A stretch of 64,000 bases of DNA from Schmidtea polychroa (taxonomy: Eukaryota): contig CM097887.1 in assembly GCA_044892525.1 (NCBI GenBank), positions 33,790,001 through 33,854,000 on the forward strand. The letters run 5' to 3'. The position numbers and the translations under genes were made by a program. The notes under the pieces were generated by a model. It made no database searches and was not told where the DNA came from. It was given only the letters and a program-made list of their open reading frames with translations. Shown piece by piece: positions 25,631 through 39,958 of the stretch; the first letter of the stretch is position 1; each line of letters opens with the position of its first letter.

Positions 25631-27373
25631 NNNNNNNNNNNNNNNNNNNNNNNNNNNNNNNNNNNNNNNNNNNNNNNNNNNNNNNNNNNNNNNNNNNNNN
25701 NNNNNNNNNNNNNNNNNNNNNNNNNNNNNNNNNNNNNNNNNNNNNNNNNNNNNNNNNNNNNNNNNNNNNNNNNNNNNNNNNNNNNTTGTAATATATTTGA
25801 AATATATTAATTTGAGTATTTTATAATTTCTGGGGAAATGTGTGTAGAAAAGTAGTCCTTGTGAAACGTTCGAAATGTCAGTACAATGCTTGCTAATTAT
25901 AAGTCATGATAATATATATATATATGCTATTTCCTACAAAATACTCATGAAATTATTCTAATACCCGACAATCTATCGTGTTATTAAATTCAATTTCTTT
26001 GTTTTAATTAAGGAAAAAATTTTAAACAATATTTTCTTTGCCAGTCTTATTCAAAATTAAATCATGCACTTCATAGCAAATTATATATGGAGAATATAAT
26101 TTTTATTATGGTGAAATATACAAATATTAAATATTAATTAATTTTTAATAAGTTTTTAATATTAAATGTAAGTTGTTTTTCAATACTTTCAATCTATTGT
26201 TTTTTAATTATTAATTTCATATAGAGTTCTGTCAGAAACTATTGCAGTAATTATTCTTACTTCCATTTCCATTGTACCTTTACTTTCTCTTCACACTTTC
26301 AGTTCTCATTTATGCTTTTTTATTTTAGTCCTTTTTTAAATACTAATCAAAAAATTATAAAAAAAAAGTCTCGAAAGTATTTAAATTAGAACTTGAAATA
26401 TGAGAGACTCAGAATGGATATAAAAATCTATGAATTGTTGTAAGGTGGACAAATTTTTAAGTTTTCATCTTCTTAACTCTTGACATTTATATTTTCTTGA
26501 ATACTATTGTAAATTTGTTCACTCAGATAAACATTCAAGTAAGTTGAAGTTATTGTTTCGAAAGCAGAACTGTCTTTCGAGTAGAAAGTATCAAAGTAGG
26601 TTCATAGAATCAAGATTTGACTAAAGGTTTACTGAAGGATTTCAATACATTGATGTTTTAAATAGGCAACACAAGATGAAATGTCTCAAGGTTATGGATT
26701 CCGTAATAACATTATTTATTTCAATAATAAATGTAAAGAATATATTTATTTTGTTGATTTAGGATTCGTGGTTATTGGTGGTTTACGACTTTCATATCTC
26801 AAATTTCGTTCACCTTTTATTAATCCAACTTAATTTTAGGTACTTCAACTTGATACTGTTGCCATTCTGTGTAATTTTTGATCAATATTTAATGTTAATA
26901 TTTAAAAAATAAAAAATGTATCAAAGCTTTTTGGGTTCAACCAAAAATTCTAAGGTTCTTCAGTATTACTAGTGTCATTTTGTTTTTAAAATCTCTGCAC
27001 AGCATGTAACTTTGCTGAGACTTTTCGTCTAGCCGACCAAAATGTATTGTTTTTTAACATCCATAGTTCATCAGAATTTTTTGGTTTGGATTTTTGAGGC
27101 TTTATGTTGAGAAAATAGTATAAAAATAGGTCGTTGGCATTTATTTAAGGAACCTTTGGTGACTAATTCATGTTGGTAATAATTTAAACAAGATTGTCAC
27201 CGAAGTTATTTAACTTTTTAACATTTTCCTTCCACCATATGGACGATAATTTTAAAAAACTAATTGAAAGATTTTTGATTTGATGGTTTATAGCATAACA
27301 AATAACAAATCATTCCATTGGATTAAGCTTTATACAAATCAGATTTTCTATAGAATGGAAGTTTTATAAATTG

Positions 27374-28404
27374 CCTAATTCATGAGAAACGCAAGCCCGT
27401 TGCCGATTTCATATTTTTGTCAATGTGTTGTAAACATTAACGGTCAAAGTGTCAGTTATACAGGGTTGCCAACTTTTGAAGATGTCATTATAGTACAATA
27501 TGGACAAAATTATAGTATTTTCAAAAAAATTATAGTACATATTTAAAAAACTACAAAAAAATGCTTTTCTATTATAAACTTTTTATTAAAATTAAATTAA
27601 CAAAAATTAAAATATTTGGTTTTTCTTCAGGACCCATTAAAAAATATACATAAAAACAATAGCAAACAAATTCATATGATAATTAAGTAATAAATTTATA
27701 TGTAATAATACTTATTATATATTTATAGTTACATATAGCATAATTCTATTTTGATTTAAGCGTCAGTCATACCCTTAATATTTAAAAAACGTACTATGTT
27801 TAGAAAAACACATGAACTTTGAATTTCAATCCAACAAAACAAATCAGATGTTAATTTTTACCATCTGCTCATATTCATTATTCATACCGAAATACGTTTT
27901 GTAAAAAATTAATATTGATTAAAGTTTTTTTTAGAAAAATTCTGATTAATTGTTTTCAGAAAATTAAAATATCGTAGTGAAAAAATGTTTTAGATAAATT
28001 TGTTAAAATTATAGTACAATTAGAACTTCCAATAGTACATAGTACACAAGATACAAATTATGGTACAAATACTATAATTATAGTACGGTTGGCAACGCTG
28101 CAGTTATATAAGATATAATTTTTTTGGTAATTTAATGTATTTTCATCAATGGTCAAATGTTTTATATTAAAATATCAGCTTTGTATCGTAATTATTTTTT
28201 CCTTCCGTTCTGCAACATAGAATACAATGTATTTTAACAATTTTTAGAAAATTTTAAACAATAAATCTTTGGTTTAACTTGAAATACAAAAAATTATTAT
28301 ATTTAATAATTACATCAAAAAGCGCGGGTAATGATAATAGGTGCATATTAGAATTGCCCAATTATGTCATATGGGCAAAGGGCTTGCGTTTTTCATGAAT
28401 TAGG
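27374..28404. mobile_element. TIR MITE, probably TA-target (Tc1/mariner-like), hosting a nested hAT MITE
   Basis: About 30-bp TIR CCTAATTCATGA(G/A)AAACGCAAGCCC(G/T)TTGCC. Flanks are TG on the left and TA on the right. Confidence 0.7.
27461..28100. mobile_element. hAT MITE
   Basis: Perfect 8-bp TSD CAGTTATA (27453-27460, 28101-28108). TIR CAG(G/C)GTTGCCAAC. ATTATAGTAC subterminal repeats at both ends. Confidence 0.92.
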
Positions 28405-30576
28405 TAATTTGTTGCTAATATCACATTCTCAGAAATTTCTCAGAAATATATACTTTTTATGCAAAATATTTCCGAATCAGATTGCAAAGTAGTAGTGGGG
28501 ATTTTTATAAACTTTTTCAAGGATTTTGTCTATCACGTGATGAGGAAATTTATATTCCAGGTTGTCATTTTGAGGAATGTTAACTAGAAAATTGTTAATT
28601 AGATTATTACTCTATTAGTTATTTTTTTGTTATTTTTAAAGTTAACATTTAAAGTATAAAAATGACTGTAAGAAATGAATTAGAAGTAACCGGAAGGGTA
28701 AATTAAATTTGGACGTTTTTATTCATATGCCGTAGATATTACATTGAATAACTTATAAAATTCTCATACTCCAGTCCTTCCAAAGTTTGAGTCAAAGTAA
28801 AAACTTTAGTCATATGTTGGACACCCTTGTAAAAAAAAATAAATTCTTTAAAATGTTGGAAAAGATGTTTAAATTAGTCATTCACCGCTATATTTATCAT
28901 ATTTAAAATAGTTTTTGTCTTTTGTTTTATTGAATGATAAGTTTTTATTACAAATTAAATAAAATATTTTTTGCAATGATTAACTTTTCAACAAATATTT
29001 ATTATTGAACATGTCTCTGCTGTTGTCTTAGTCTAGACTGTTTCTTTTCGGATCTTATAAATCGTTTTGATATTTAAATTTTTTTTGTTTTTGATTTTAT
29101 TTTTTTTAATGGCAACATTTTCAAAATCTCGACAAAAGAAAAAGAAATTTCTCTCGCGAAAAATAATTTAAGTTTTTTTATTTTAATTTTAAAAAAATAT
29201 TAAAATAGAAACGAGAAATATCACGCAATGAAATTTATAAAGTTTTAACTAATTTTCTTTAATAAAAAAACAACACAATTGAATTAGAATTTCTTTGTTT
29301 TTGTTTAAATCGAGATATTATATATGAATATCATTTCATCTAATATTTACCAGAACACTTGTCATATTGTGAGAAATAATGATGTCGCAAATATATAGAA
29401 TTGTAATGACATTTATTTTTCTATGGCTAATACGTATAGCATATGATTAAACAACTTAAACAAACAAAATTTGAAATTGTTTTCTAAGTTTTTACTACAA
29501 GTTCATGTAAACTGTAAATAATTTTTTAAAGAACTGCACTATAAAACAGGAGTCACCAACCTAATGGCCTGCTGACAGGAATTATTCAGTTTGCAGCCCA
29601 GAAAACAAAACCCTATGCCCTCAACCATTGATATAACAAAATTGGCTTTGATTTAAAATATTATGTATTCTTTTCATTTTGAACAAATAGTAACATAGTA
29701 GTGTACGTATTATAAAGCTTTTCGATAATATAACATTATTGATTTTTTTATATTATAGACGTTTTATTCCATGCAAACAGGGGTAGATGTAAAAGATTTT
29801 AATACCTTTTCAGGCTTGTGAATTGATTATCTCATTTGAGGTGAGCTTGTAAGTACGTCTATTTTCTCCAGATATTTTGCATATATATTTTGAATAATTA
29901 GAATTATAAATAAAAGGCGAATATTTATTTAAGAAATTTAATTACAGAGAAATTATTATGAGAGCTTTCAAAATTGTCCTCGTAATTGAAAAATTAAAGT
30001 AAATATTTTAAAACAAATAATATTTTGATTTGACAAATTGCAAATTTGAAATGTTTTTTTTGTTGATATTTTGTTATACTGGGGTAAGTTTGACATTATC
30101 ACATTAGTTTTGTATTATTGTTTTCTATAGAGTGACTACGTTTATCATGGTACATGTCCGAATCAACGTTCCATTTAAGCTGTGTGAGTTTTGAAAGTCG
30201 CACGCAGTTATCACAAGCTAAGGCGCATGCCAAAAATAATCAGACCAAACATAACTTTTACTATTTGAATTTAATTTAAACTTTATAAAATAGAAACAGA
30301 AATAAAATTAAAAAATAACATCAATTACGAATGTTAAGTCACCAATTTCGTGTCAGTGTAAAAGTGATGTTCCACTTGCACATTTGGTGATTTGGCCTGC
30401 TCAGCAATTTGGTTTTCCACACAGAGACCATCTTGTCTTAGAGGGAACGTTGCTTACAAAGTAGTTTAATAATTTATTTGTTCACTTTAATATACAATGG
30501 TATATTTTGCTTTAATGAGTCGTTAATCCTCTGGAAAAATACTATCAATTATATTTCTATATAAAGCACTTTTTAA

Positions 30577-30784
30577 TCCATTACCTCCCACTGTACTCAC
30601 TTTGGCACACTTGTTAAAGGCGTGATTTCATGTTTTTCTATAATGTTTATCCTGGAAGTAGTGACCCATTTCAACAATAGATGGTAGTAGTAGTCTGCGA
30701 AAAAATTCAATATGGCGGCAACGCAATGATAACCGTCATTATTGTCAGTTTGTTTGCAAATATTTCCTTTGGGGCGTTAATGGG
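30577..30784. mobile_element. Degenerate piggyBac-type MITE
   Basis: TTAA on both sides (30573-30576, 30785-30788). Imperfect TIR TCCATTACCTCCCA versus CCCATTAACGCCCCA. Confidence 0.5.
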
Positions 30785-33121
30785 TTAATACAACAAAATT
30801 GACTTGAACCGGTCAAGGCCTTTTAAGTCGCTTTCTACAAATTAATTTTTCAATAAATTTGACAAATTTTGATAAGTTTTCTTTTGTTAAGTTTTCTTCT
30901 TAATTTATAATTCATCATATCCATCAGTGATTCACTTACCTTTTGGTTATTTTGCCACTCATATCAGTAATTTTGTTTTCCTACTAAAAATGATTAATTT
31001 CGTCAACAAAATTTTAATAAATTAATTAATTTGTAATTTTTCAATTACATTTTCAGGAAACACGATGTTAATTTACAATTATTATATCCATCTGCCCGCT
31101 TATAACGTTTCCCCGAGAAATGTTAATTTTTCGATTTTCTAAATTTTTAATTAGTTTTGACACTTAAATTTATTTTTTGAAATGAAGCTAATTTTTTAGA
31201 ATTTTATTTGATTTTCATTCGAATTTTTGTACATTCAAATTTTATTTGCACTCACCATTTCCATTCAAAACCACAAATATTTTATGCAAAAAATATATCA
31301 AATTTTAATTATCAAACAATCAACTTTGTTAATTTTGGTGTGGATAAAAAAGATTTAAAAAAAGATAAACGTCCTTATTTTTAATATTCAACAGTCTTAA
31401 AATACCATTTCATATAAAACAAGAAAAGTTAGTTGTAATTTTGGCATAATCGGGTGTTTTGTTATGTAATAATTTCCATTTATTAGTATGACCTTGACGT
31501 TTAATAATATTAATTTTTAATTAGTGTAATAATCAATAATCTCTCTCTCTATATATATATATGAAACTTCTGTAGATTTGAATTGAAATATTTCCCATTT
31601 AGAAGCTATTCAAATTCAATTTAGTTAAAAAGCATGTGCACGTTAGCCTCATTTTGCGTTGTAAATAGGTACAAAAGAACCCTGGTACAAATCGAAATAT
31701 TCATAACAAGATATTTATTTAAGTTTGTTCTCTTAGATCACCTTCTCTAAACTCCTGACTTTAAGCTCAGCGGCTTTAATATATTCGGAACTACGAAGAA
31801 ACGTTTAAAGGGGAAATCTATTAAATTCCTGCAGATAAACCAAAGGACGTAGAACTTTTCTTCAAAAATCAAAGCCATATTTTCTTTACAATTTCTTTTG
31901 TTAACTCTTTCATCACTAGAAGAAGTGTGTGAACCACAATAGGTCTTATATTAAAAAACAAACCCTACGTACTCTTTTTGTTCTTATGTTGTTTTTTCTT
32001 TAGCACCCAATTCGGATACATATTGAACGCTCCACGTATCGTTTAATTTCTTGCATTCCTATTCTCTAAAAAACTGCAATATTTTATTTTTCCTTTGTTT
32101 CAATAACATGCAACTAATATTACTGATAATTCAGTGATGTAGTTTTATTTTTACCAATTTTCATGATTTTTGAATTGTAGTTATGAAATTTAATTATTTT
32201 TGTATTTTTTATTTAATCGCTATCAACATATTCATATTCTGAATTTGCGACACAAATAATATTTGTATTGATGGTTAAATAGTATTAAATACATTCAACT
32301 GAGAACACGAATAAAAGTCATTTACGATTTTATTTAGCTTCATTTAGTTTTCGACTATAAATCAATAGTTTCCCATTTTGCAGACATTCGGCACTGCATT
32401 TTCAAAATTTCTGTTAATTAGAAAAATCATCGATATACAATGATTAAATGAAATTAAATATAATTCTAAATGAAAAGAAAAACAGATCAAATGTGAACAA
32501 AAACTGAAATCATTTAATTAAAAAATTTGTTATGAATATTTTTTAATTTTTAAATGACTAAAATTAGTTGATTTGATTTTGCTAAAATACCGCAAATTAT
32601 TATTTAATTTTATTTTATTAGAAATTTTCGACCGCAATTGAATAAAAATTAATCTTCAGGTAGCATCAGATTATTATGAGAATTATATAAATTTTTCAGT
32701 AATTAAAACAAACATTGTTTTAATTATCTATTATACAAAATTAATTAAAAAACTCTTTAGTCATTATGAGTAGAATTCGCCACAAATTTTTTAATGTATT
32801 TTAACGAGGTATTTATTACATTACAATTTATCCTAACTAAATTTACTATATTAAGCTATTGGAGAGATTTAAAGTCTACCATTTATTTTTGTAAAAGACT
32901 TTATACAAACAAAACTATAAACTATATTTTATATTTATTTGATAAAAATGTATTGTTTTGTATGAGAATCATTGTGATAATTGTTATTATTATTATTCAG
33001 ACATCAATCTGACATCATAAATTTTTTAGTAATTTTGTATTGCCAGCAATTTCATACAAGACTTATAACAATTAGAAGAAAGAAATCTTAACTCATAAGA
33101 TTGTATAATAATTGTCTAGTG

Positions 33122-33449
33122 TAGAGGTTCTCAAAGCGCGAGCTGCAACTCACTAGTGGGTTACAGGCTGAGTTTAGGGGTGTTGTGGAAAACGTTTTAA
33201 ATATATACACCAAAAAATAAGCAGTGGAGATTTTGGATATTCTCATATAAACTAATAATTGTAATCAATTACTTTGAGTTTGCACTCGTAGTTTTTACAT
33301 TCTAAATTAAATAATTATAATATAAAACTGAAGAAAATAAGTCAATATTTTTATTTGTCCTTCTGATTCCTAATTACTTATCAGGTGGGACACGAAAAGT
33401 TTTTACTTTTAGAAGAAACTTCCGGTAACCGAAAGAGTAAGACCACATG

Positions 33450-33450
<1 letters not shown>
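33122..33450. mobile_element. Degenerate Charlie/Buster-like hAT MITE followed by (TA)n at 33453-33485
   Basis: Left end (T)AGAGGTTCTCAAA preceded by GTCTAGTG. The right end is poorly conserved and there is no matching TSD. Confidence 0.4.
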
Positions 33451-33488
<38 letters not shown>

Positions 33489-33780
33489 GAATAAATGCAG
33501 GAAGCATTTTAGGTATGAACATTGCGTGTCCGAGTACCCTCGAAACATATTTACTTAAGCATAAAGACTGATAGGGTTATAAAATAATTTTTTAGACATT
33601 ATACAGAAAACTAATTTAATTTAATTTTTTTATTAAATCTAAATGTCAACTTTGATATTCTTTTGAAAATAATAAATTTAAATTGAAGAAAATAATATTT
33701 ATCTTTAATATTTATACTTAGTTTTAAAAATTATTTTTTATTGCGCCTTTATTATTATCGCGCGTTTTAAGTAAGCATCA

Positions 33781-34480
33781 GTAGGTAGATATTGGCCCTC
33801 TGTATAGTTAGCCCTCTGTATAGTTAGCCCTCTGCACCCTATTTCATTTTGACCTGAAGATTTTGGCACTTAAGCACTTTAATCCCACCATTTATTATTT
33901 ATAATATTTAAATAAATAACAATCATTAAATAATATTTAAATACATAATATTATTATATAATAAAACCTTTTTAAAAAAATGGATACTGACAGATTAACT
34001 TACAAACAACTATTTCAACCGATGATAGTGCGTTACATACGCCCAAGAACTGGGACAATTGCCACGTAATAAGATATGTATATGCGATACAGAAATGAAG
34101 GTACGATAAAAATTACAGGGTGAACATCGTCGTTTTTATTTCCTATGTCCAAGTCTCGCTATGGTACTCATAGGACAATGCTGACTTCTTGTTTAGTCGA
34201 ATTCATGTGGCGTCAGAGATTAGACCGTTCGTTTGGAAAATTTATTGAATGTGTAAAGGACGTTCATCATATATAAATATGATTATTACATGTTAATTCT
34301 TATTATTTTTTATTATATAATAATATATTTAATTAAATATTATTTATTTAAATATTATTTAATTAAATAATAAATGGGGGATTAAAATGCATAATTACCA
34401 TAATTTTTACTCATAAAACCCATTGGCTCCCTACACCCTAGTGAGGGAGGGGAGGGTGCAAAGGCCCAATATCTATCTAC
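33781..34480. mobile_element. Foldback/MULE-like MITE with long imperfect TIRs
   Basis: Arms at about 33781-33965 and 34308-34480 share GTAG(G/A)TAGATATTGG..TGCACCCT and TTTAATCCC.CCATTTATTATTT. Degenerate 9-bp TSD TAAGCATCA / TAA-CATCA. A 16-bp tandem duplication lies in the left arm. Confidence 0.65.
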
Positions 34481-35448
34481 TAACATCAATCGAGTTAATG
34501 AGATTTTTAATCTTTTTATTATTAATATTAATGAAAACGATTACAAGTAATAGGAAAAATTACCATTATTTGGGATCGGTTGTGATAAACAAGCATTCCT
34601 CATATTTTCTCTTTCGAAATTATCCATTTTTAAAGGTATTGAAATTAAAAAATTCGATGGAAACTAAAAATAAATAATAATAATAATCAAATCTAGTTAT
34701 TGTTGCTCATTAGCTGACAGTCGACCAATCACATCAATTCAATTGAGTCAATATTTATTTATTTATTATTTTTACACTTGTCAGGCTCATTGAATATAAA
34801 TTAATATTAGTATAAATTAATTAATTAATTAATTAAAAATTAGGGAAAGAAATGTAATTATATTTGTGGGTTCTACTAATCAAATTATGTGTTAATTTTC
34901 AAAATAATACTTATCATGCCAGGAAAAATTTTATATTTATTTTCACTTATTTTTATTTATTAATCGTTTATTAATCGAAAGAATTTTATGACTTGTAGAA
35001 GAATTTATTTATGTTTTTATTAAAAATTATTAATGATGAATGAGCAGTTTTAAATTAATAAAATTTTTAAATAACATTTCCTCTTTTCGCTTTGCTATGT
35101 ATTATTTTTTTTCTTTTATTTGTTATTTTTAAATCGATTTAGCTCAAAAGATTTCGAAATGTTTTTATATGATTCTTTAATGCCTTATTAAGTTTCTCAA
35201 AAAGTTCAGATTAACTTCCTTTGTATAACTTCACCTATAACCAATTGCAATGAGGCAATATGCCAAACTCGAAAAAAATATTTTGATATATTTGATAACA
35301 TTCAATTTTTATTTTTTTTACAATTCAGCTTTTATTTCAAATAATAAAGTTTAAGAAATATTTGAAAAGGTTATGCAGAAAATTTGTGTTAAATATAAAA
35401 CAATTATTGATCAATCGTCTGAAAGGAAGAGGAAGATAAACTCTAGAT

Positions 35449-35962
35449 CAGGGGTGGGGAACCTTTTTATTTCCATAGGCCACATTGAAATTTGTCGCCT
35501 CCAAATGGGGTCGCAGTCAAAAAGTATTTTAACATTAATTAATTTCATTTAAAATCTTTTGTTTATATACAGTTAATAATTAAAACAATATTTATAATTA
35601 GTCTTCAGATTTGAAAAATGCAGCTGTACGAAATTTTCTGGCAAATTTTTTTATTTCTGAATCGAAAAATTGATGCAAATAAGTCATCATTTCACAAATG
35701 AGTACTCAATAATCTTATTTATTCGTCTACATACGTTTTGTATTTATGGGTGTGAATGATTGACTTTATATTTCGTTCTTTGTACTCGGCGGGATGCTTG
35801 TACAGTACGGTATATATCAGGGGTCTCAAACACGCGGCCCGCAACGAAAAAACATAGATTTGTAATTTAACCAAACTTATTTAACAATTAAAATCATAAT
35901 TGGCTGTATAAATTAAAACTTATCTTTTTAATTATTTTTATTTATACATATGACATTATACA

Positions 35963-36045
<83 letters not shown>

Positions 36046-36372
36046 TTAATAATAAAAAAATGTTTTTTAGTTTTGTTGAGTTTTTAATTAAATAAATATT
36101 AACGTCGGAGTTTCAGACTCCACATGTTCTGAAAACAATTATTTATGTTGCGGCCCGCCGGCTCATAATACTAGTCTAATGCGGCCCGCAGGCCAGTTTG
36201 AGTTTGAAACCCCTGGTATATATACAGTAGTTACAAGTATTTTTATTTGTAAATTCTCAAAATTCAAGGTTTTTTATATAAATTAAGATTTATTTCGATA
36301 AGGCTCCAAAGGCCGCACATGAAGCTCCGGGAGGCCACATGCGGCCTAAAGCTGACAGGTTCACCACCACTG
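35449..36372. mobile_element. hAT (Buster/Charlie-type) non-autonomous element, outer
   Basis: Perfect TSD CTCTAGAT (35441-35448, 36373-36380). TIR CAGGGGTGGGGAACCT versus AGGTTCACCACCACTG. Confidence 0.9.
35818..36215. mobile_element. hAT MITE nested in the previous element
   Basis: Perfect TSD GTATATAT (35810-35817, 36216-36223). TIR CAGGGGTCTCAAAC versus GTTTGAAACCCCTG. GCGGCCCGC subterminal motifs and an internal (ATT)n at about 35961-36045. Confidence 0.92.
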
Positions 36373-36529
36373 CTCTAGATAATTCAGGTTAAATTTTAAA
36401 AAATACATAATTTATCAGTATTATTATTATTAATTTCAACAATATTCTCTTATTACATAATAAGTAAACCAAATGTAGAATTTATTTAACACAAAATCCA
36501 AATTATTTACTGATATGTTAATTACATAT

Positions 36530-37012
36530 GGCTACCATTTAATGGCGCACCAAATTAATTGAATTTGAACCAATTTTTTATTAATATTGCACCAATCAAA
36601 TAAATACATAAAGAACCAAATTAATTTTTATGCACCAATTTAATTTAAATTATAGAGATATAAACATTTACATATAGTCTGAGTTTATCTGATAAAGTAT
36701 TTTGACCCCCTAGGGGTACAGATTACATGGAGAACTCAACACGCACACGCACACAACCCCGCCCGTACGCTTCGTGTAAAAGCTCAAGTCTGTTTTTCTT
36801 TTTATAAATATATATTCAATGATGTAAAAGGATAAAATATTAAAACTACACTTCAACACATAACAATTTAAATTGGTTCAGTATTTCTTCGATTTGGTGT
36901 ATATTTGGTTCATTTTCAACGAAAATATTGGTTCAATTCAATTAAATTTGGTGCATATTTCATTAATTTTTGTTCAGATTTCAGTTTTTTGGTCTGCCAA
37001 TAATATTAAGTC
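36530..37012. mobile_element. MULE-type MITE family, copy 1
   Basis: 9-bp TSD ATTACATAT / ATTATATAT. Long imperfect TIRs built of GCACCAA/GAACCAA subrepeats. Homologous to 52214-52744. Confidence 0.8.
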
Positions 37013-37121
37013 ATTATATATTATTTAAGTAAACATTCTGATGTCAGATTTTTTCTAAATCGATGTCAATAATTTCACTCTTGTAAAACAAATTTCAAAA
37101 TTACCTAAATATTATTTTGAA

Positions 37122-37500
37122 ACTAGCTGGAGTACCCGGCGTTGCACGATTTAAAAATAGTAAACAGATTCAAAATAAAGAAATTTCTTTCAATTCATTC
37201 ATTTAAGAAAAATAATTTAAAAATACATAAAAATTTAATTAAAAAAAGTACATGTAATTTATATATCACATATATCTATTTAAATGTAAAACTTAAAACC
37301 TCCTTGGGGTATCTACTGTAGTAAATCAAGGTGACCCTGGGTAGGGTTAGGGTACCCTAAAGGTGGTCACCTGGGGTTGAAACATAGCTTATGACCTGTT
37401 CCGAGTAATATGAGGGTCACATGAAAAGTTTCAGCCCCCTATGTCCAACGGATTTTCATTAGTATTTAAAAATATCCATTTCCTCTGTTTAAATTATAGT
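37122..37500 (+). mobile_element. Helitron/DINE-1-like non-autonomous element (tentative)
   Basis: Starts ACTAGCTGGAGTACCCGGCGTTGCACG and has a core-like AAGTTTCAGCCCCCTATGTCCAACGG. The assignment is from general resemblance and the end is approximate. Confidence 0.45.
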
Positions 37501-38665
37501 AAGTTTTAAATTTAAATTGTTTTAAAATTCTAAAATCTTACAAATATATTTTGATTTGGCTATTTTATTTAAAATTTAAATTTATATTTTTACTCTCTTA
37601 TGTTCAATGGTTTCATATGTTTTATGTTCTTTTGGGGTATTTTCTAAACTCTAGTTTCATGCGTTCATTTGACTTTAGCAGTTCCAAATTATCTATCAAA
37701 TTTCTTTGGATGTATGAAAATTTATGAAAAAATATGGAATCCAGAAAAACGTAAGAAAAATATTTATTTATTAATGAATAAAATTAAAATCAAGCCTTTT
37801 TAGTTGAGATGTTCAAACGAAAAGTTAAGTAAAGAAGTTTTCCTTAAAACCGTTTTCATGACAGTTCAATGAATAAAAATCGGGTATGATGAGACCAGAA
37901 TTCAAATAAAATAGCGGCATAATTATTTATTTAGTAAAAGGTGTGATAAATACATCTGAGTTGGTTACAAGTTCAGCTTGAAATAAGAATGAACCACTCA
38001 AATTAAATATTAGGAAATACATACAAAGGTAAAGATAAGTATTAAAAAATATCTCAGGATCAACCGACATCTTACATGTGCTGAAATTCATGTTGGTCAT
38101 TGAAATCCTTTGAGAGAATTGACAAAATATTGGAACCACATAAAGTATGACAAGGAAAATTAAGAAAACTACATAATAGTAAATATTGCACCAAGATTAA
38201 TAAATCGGGATTTTACTAATTGAAATTTGACAATACTAAATATCCGTAACGCATGGTCCATGAGTTAAAGATTAGTGCTTATGTTCTCTTATTAGACTTC
38301 GTGTACAAGAAGTCATTTTCATTTTCCTTTGATATCATTACTTTATTGTCATGTTTAACAGGTCTCTGATAATATCAAACTATATACATCCATGTTCCCA
38401 AATTCAATTTCCTAAAATATATGAAGCCTCGTCTAAAATGAGACCCATAAGCAGAAAATAAGTTTAAGGTAGAGTAGTAAAAGATTATGTTTTTTCAATT
38501 CCTGGAGAAATTTTTATCACAGCGCATCATCCATCATTTTTTTTCTTTGGGGACTCGAAAGTATGCATAAAGTATGAAATAACTAAGAAGACATATTTTG
38601 AAATCATTCATACAGAGTTCCGATGTGATAAACTTGAAAAGTAAATTGTAATTAATAATGAGATG

Positions 38666-38850
38666 ATAAAGTGATAATTTAAAACTTTTACTGCGAATAA
38701 TGCATTTAATGAAAAAGTTTTCGACTACAAGATAGTTCTTGTCAATCCCATTTTTTCATTAAATACATTATTTGCAGTAAAAGGTTTAAATTATCACCTT
38801 ATTGTTTTAAATAATAGATGCTGCTACCATGAAATCATCCCTTTATATTA
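38666..38850. mobile_element. Palindromic repeat family, copy 2
   Basis: Homologous to 4765-4990. The right arm is partly deleted and the centre reads TTGTCAATCC, inverted relative to copy 1. Confidence 0.75.
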
Positions 38851-39220
38851 ATAATGTGATGATAATAAAATACGTATAAAATTTGAAATTAAAAACTACT
38901 TATATTTAAATTATATTTCAAAAACTGTGTGAAAAGATTTATGTATTTTAAATGATGTTGAAATTTTGTCCAAGATTTAGTGTTAAAATTAAAAAATTCT
39001 CAATAATGGATTGTTCCTAAAGTTCATGCCAATTTTGGTAATTACATCCTAATTTGTAGTAATTGTTAATTGCATAAAAATAAATGATAACAGCTATCAG
39101 AATTCTGAATTTTCATAATCTAGTATTTCTAAACAAACATAGATTACCATAAATAAATTGCCAATAAGTTATCACCCTCTGGTGCTCTGCTTTTGATTGC
39201 AAGGTGAAATTACCACAAAA

Positions 39221-39390
39221 ACAGTAAAGATATTGGGTATTATGAGGAAGATATTTTAACAAATAGAACTGTCCGCAAGTGGTTTGTAAGATTTAGAAGT
39301 GATGACTGAAGTATTGAAAATCAAGAACGTTTGTGCAAGTTTTCCACCTATAATAAAGTTTAATTGAAGAAATTAATCGAAATTAATCGA
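39221..39390 (+). pseudogene. mariner transposase HTH relic
   Basis: Reads YEEDILTNRTVRKWFVRFRSDD*SIENQER, matching the mariner pattern YG....S.RTVR.WF.RF.SG...LED..RSGRP. Confidence 0.7.
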
Positions 39391-39958
39391 AATTAATTTT
39401 CACTATGTAGTACATGAGTTAGGCGAAATGTTGAAGCAATTGTCTAGTCAAAAGTTGAGCAAAGAAAATGGGAAAAATGCGCTGAGAAGAGCAGGTTCAC
39501 GAGGAATTCGGATTACATTAAAACTCCCCCACCTGTGTGGAAAGCTGTGATCACTAACCCTCAATTCCAGTGATTGATTAATATTCTGCACTGGAAGAGT
39601 TATAATATATGAAGTCGGGGTTTCATGCTCACAGAAGCGTACATCTATGATTGGAGGATGGTGCCCAAAAATTGCTCCTGGAAGATTTAAATTGACTTCA
39701 ATTTATTGGGTTTTCTCTTTACCGATCTTTCAATTATAAAAGATAAAATTCAAAAAACCTCACACAGACATAAGATTGTGTGATTTTTATCAAATGCCAG
39801 CAACCCATGGAATTAATACACTAAATTAATGATTTTGATAAGATGAAGAACCACTACATCACAAATTAAGGTAATATTGTCTTTAATTGTCAAATGTAGA
39901 CTTTAAATATTCTGTAATTTTTTGGACTTCACTTAAATTACACGGTACCAGCGTTCCT

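Noticed and set aside
29547-29620. CAGGAGTCACCAACC hAT-like end (similar orphan end at 49053-49068)
   Set aside because: No partner TIR or TSD pair was found.
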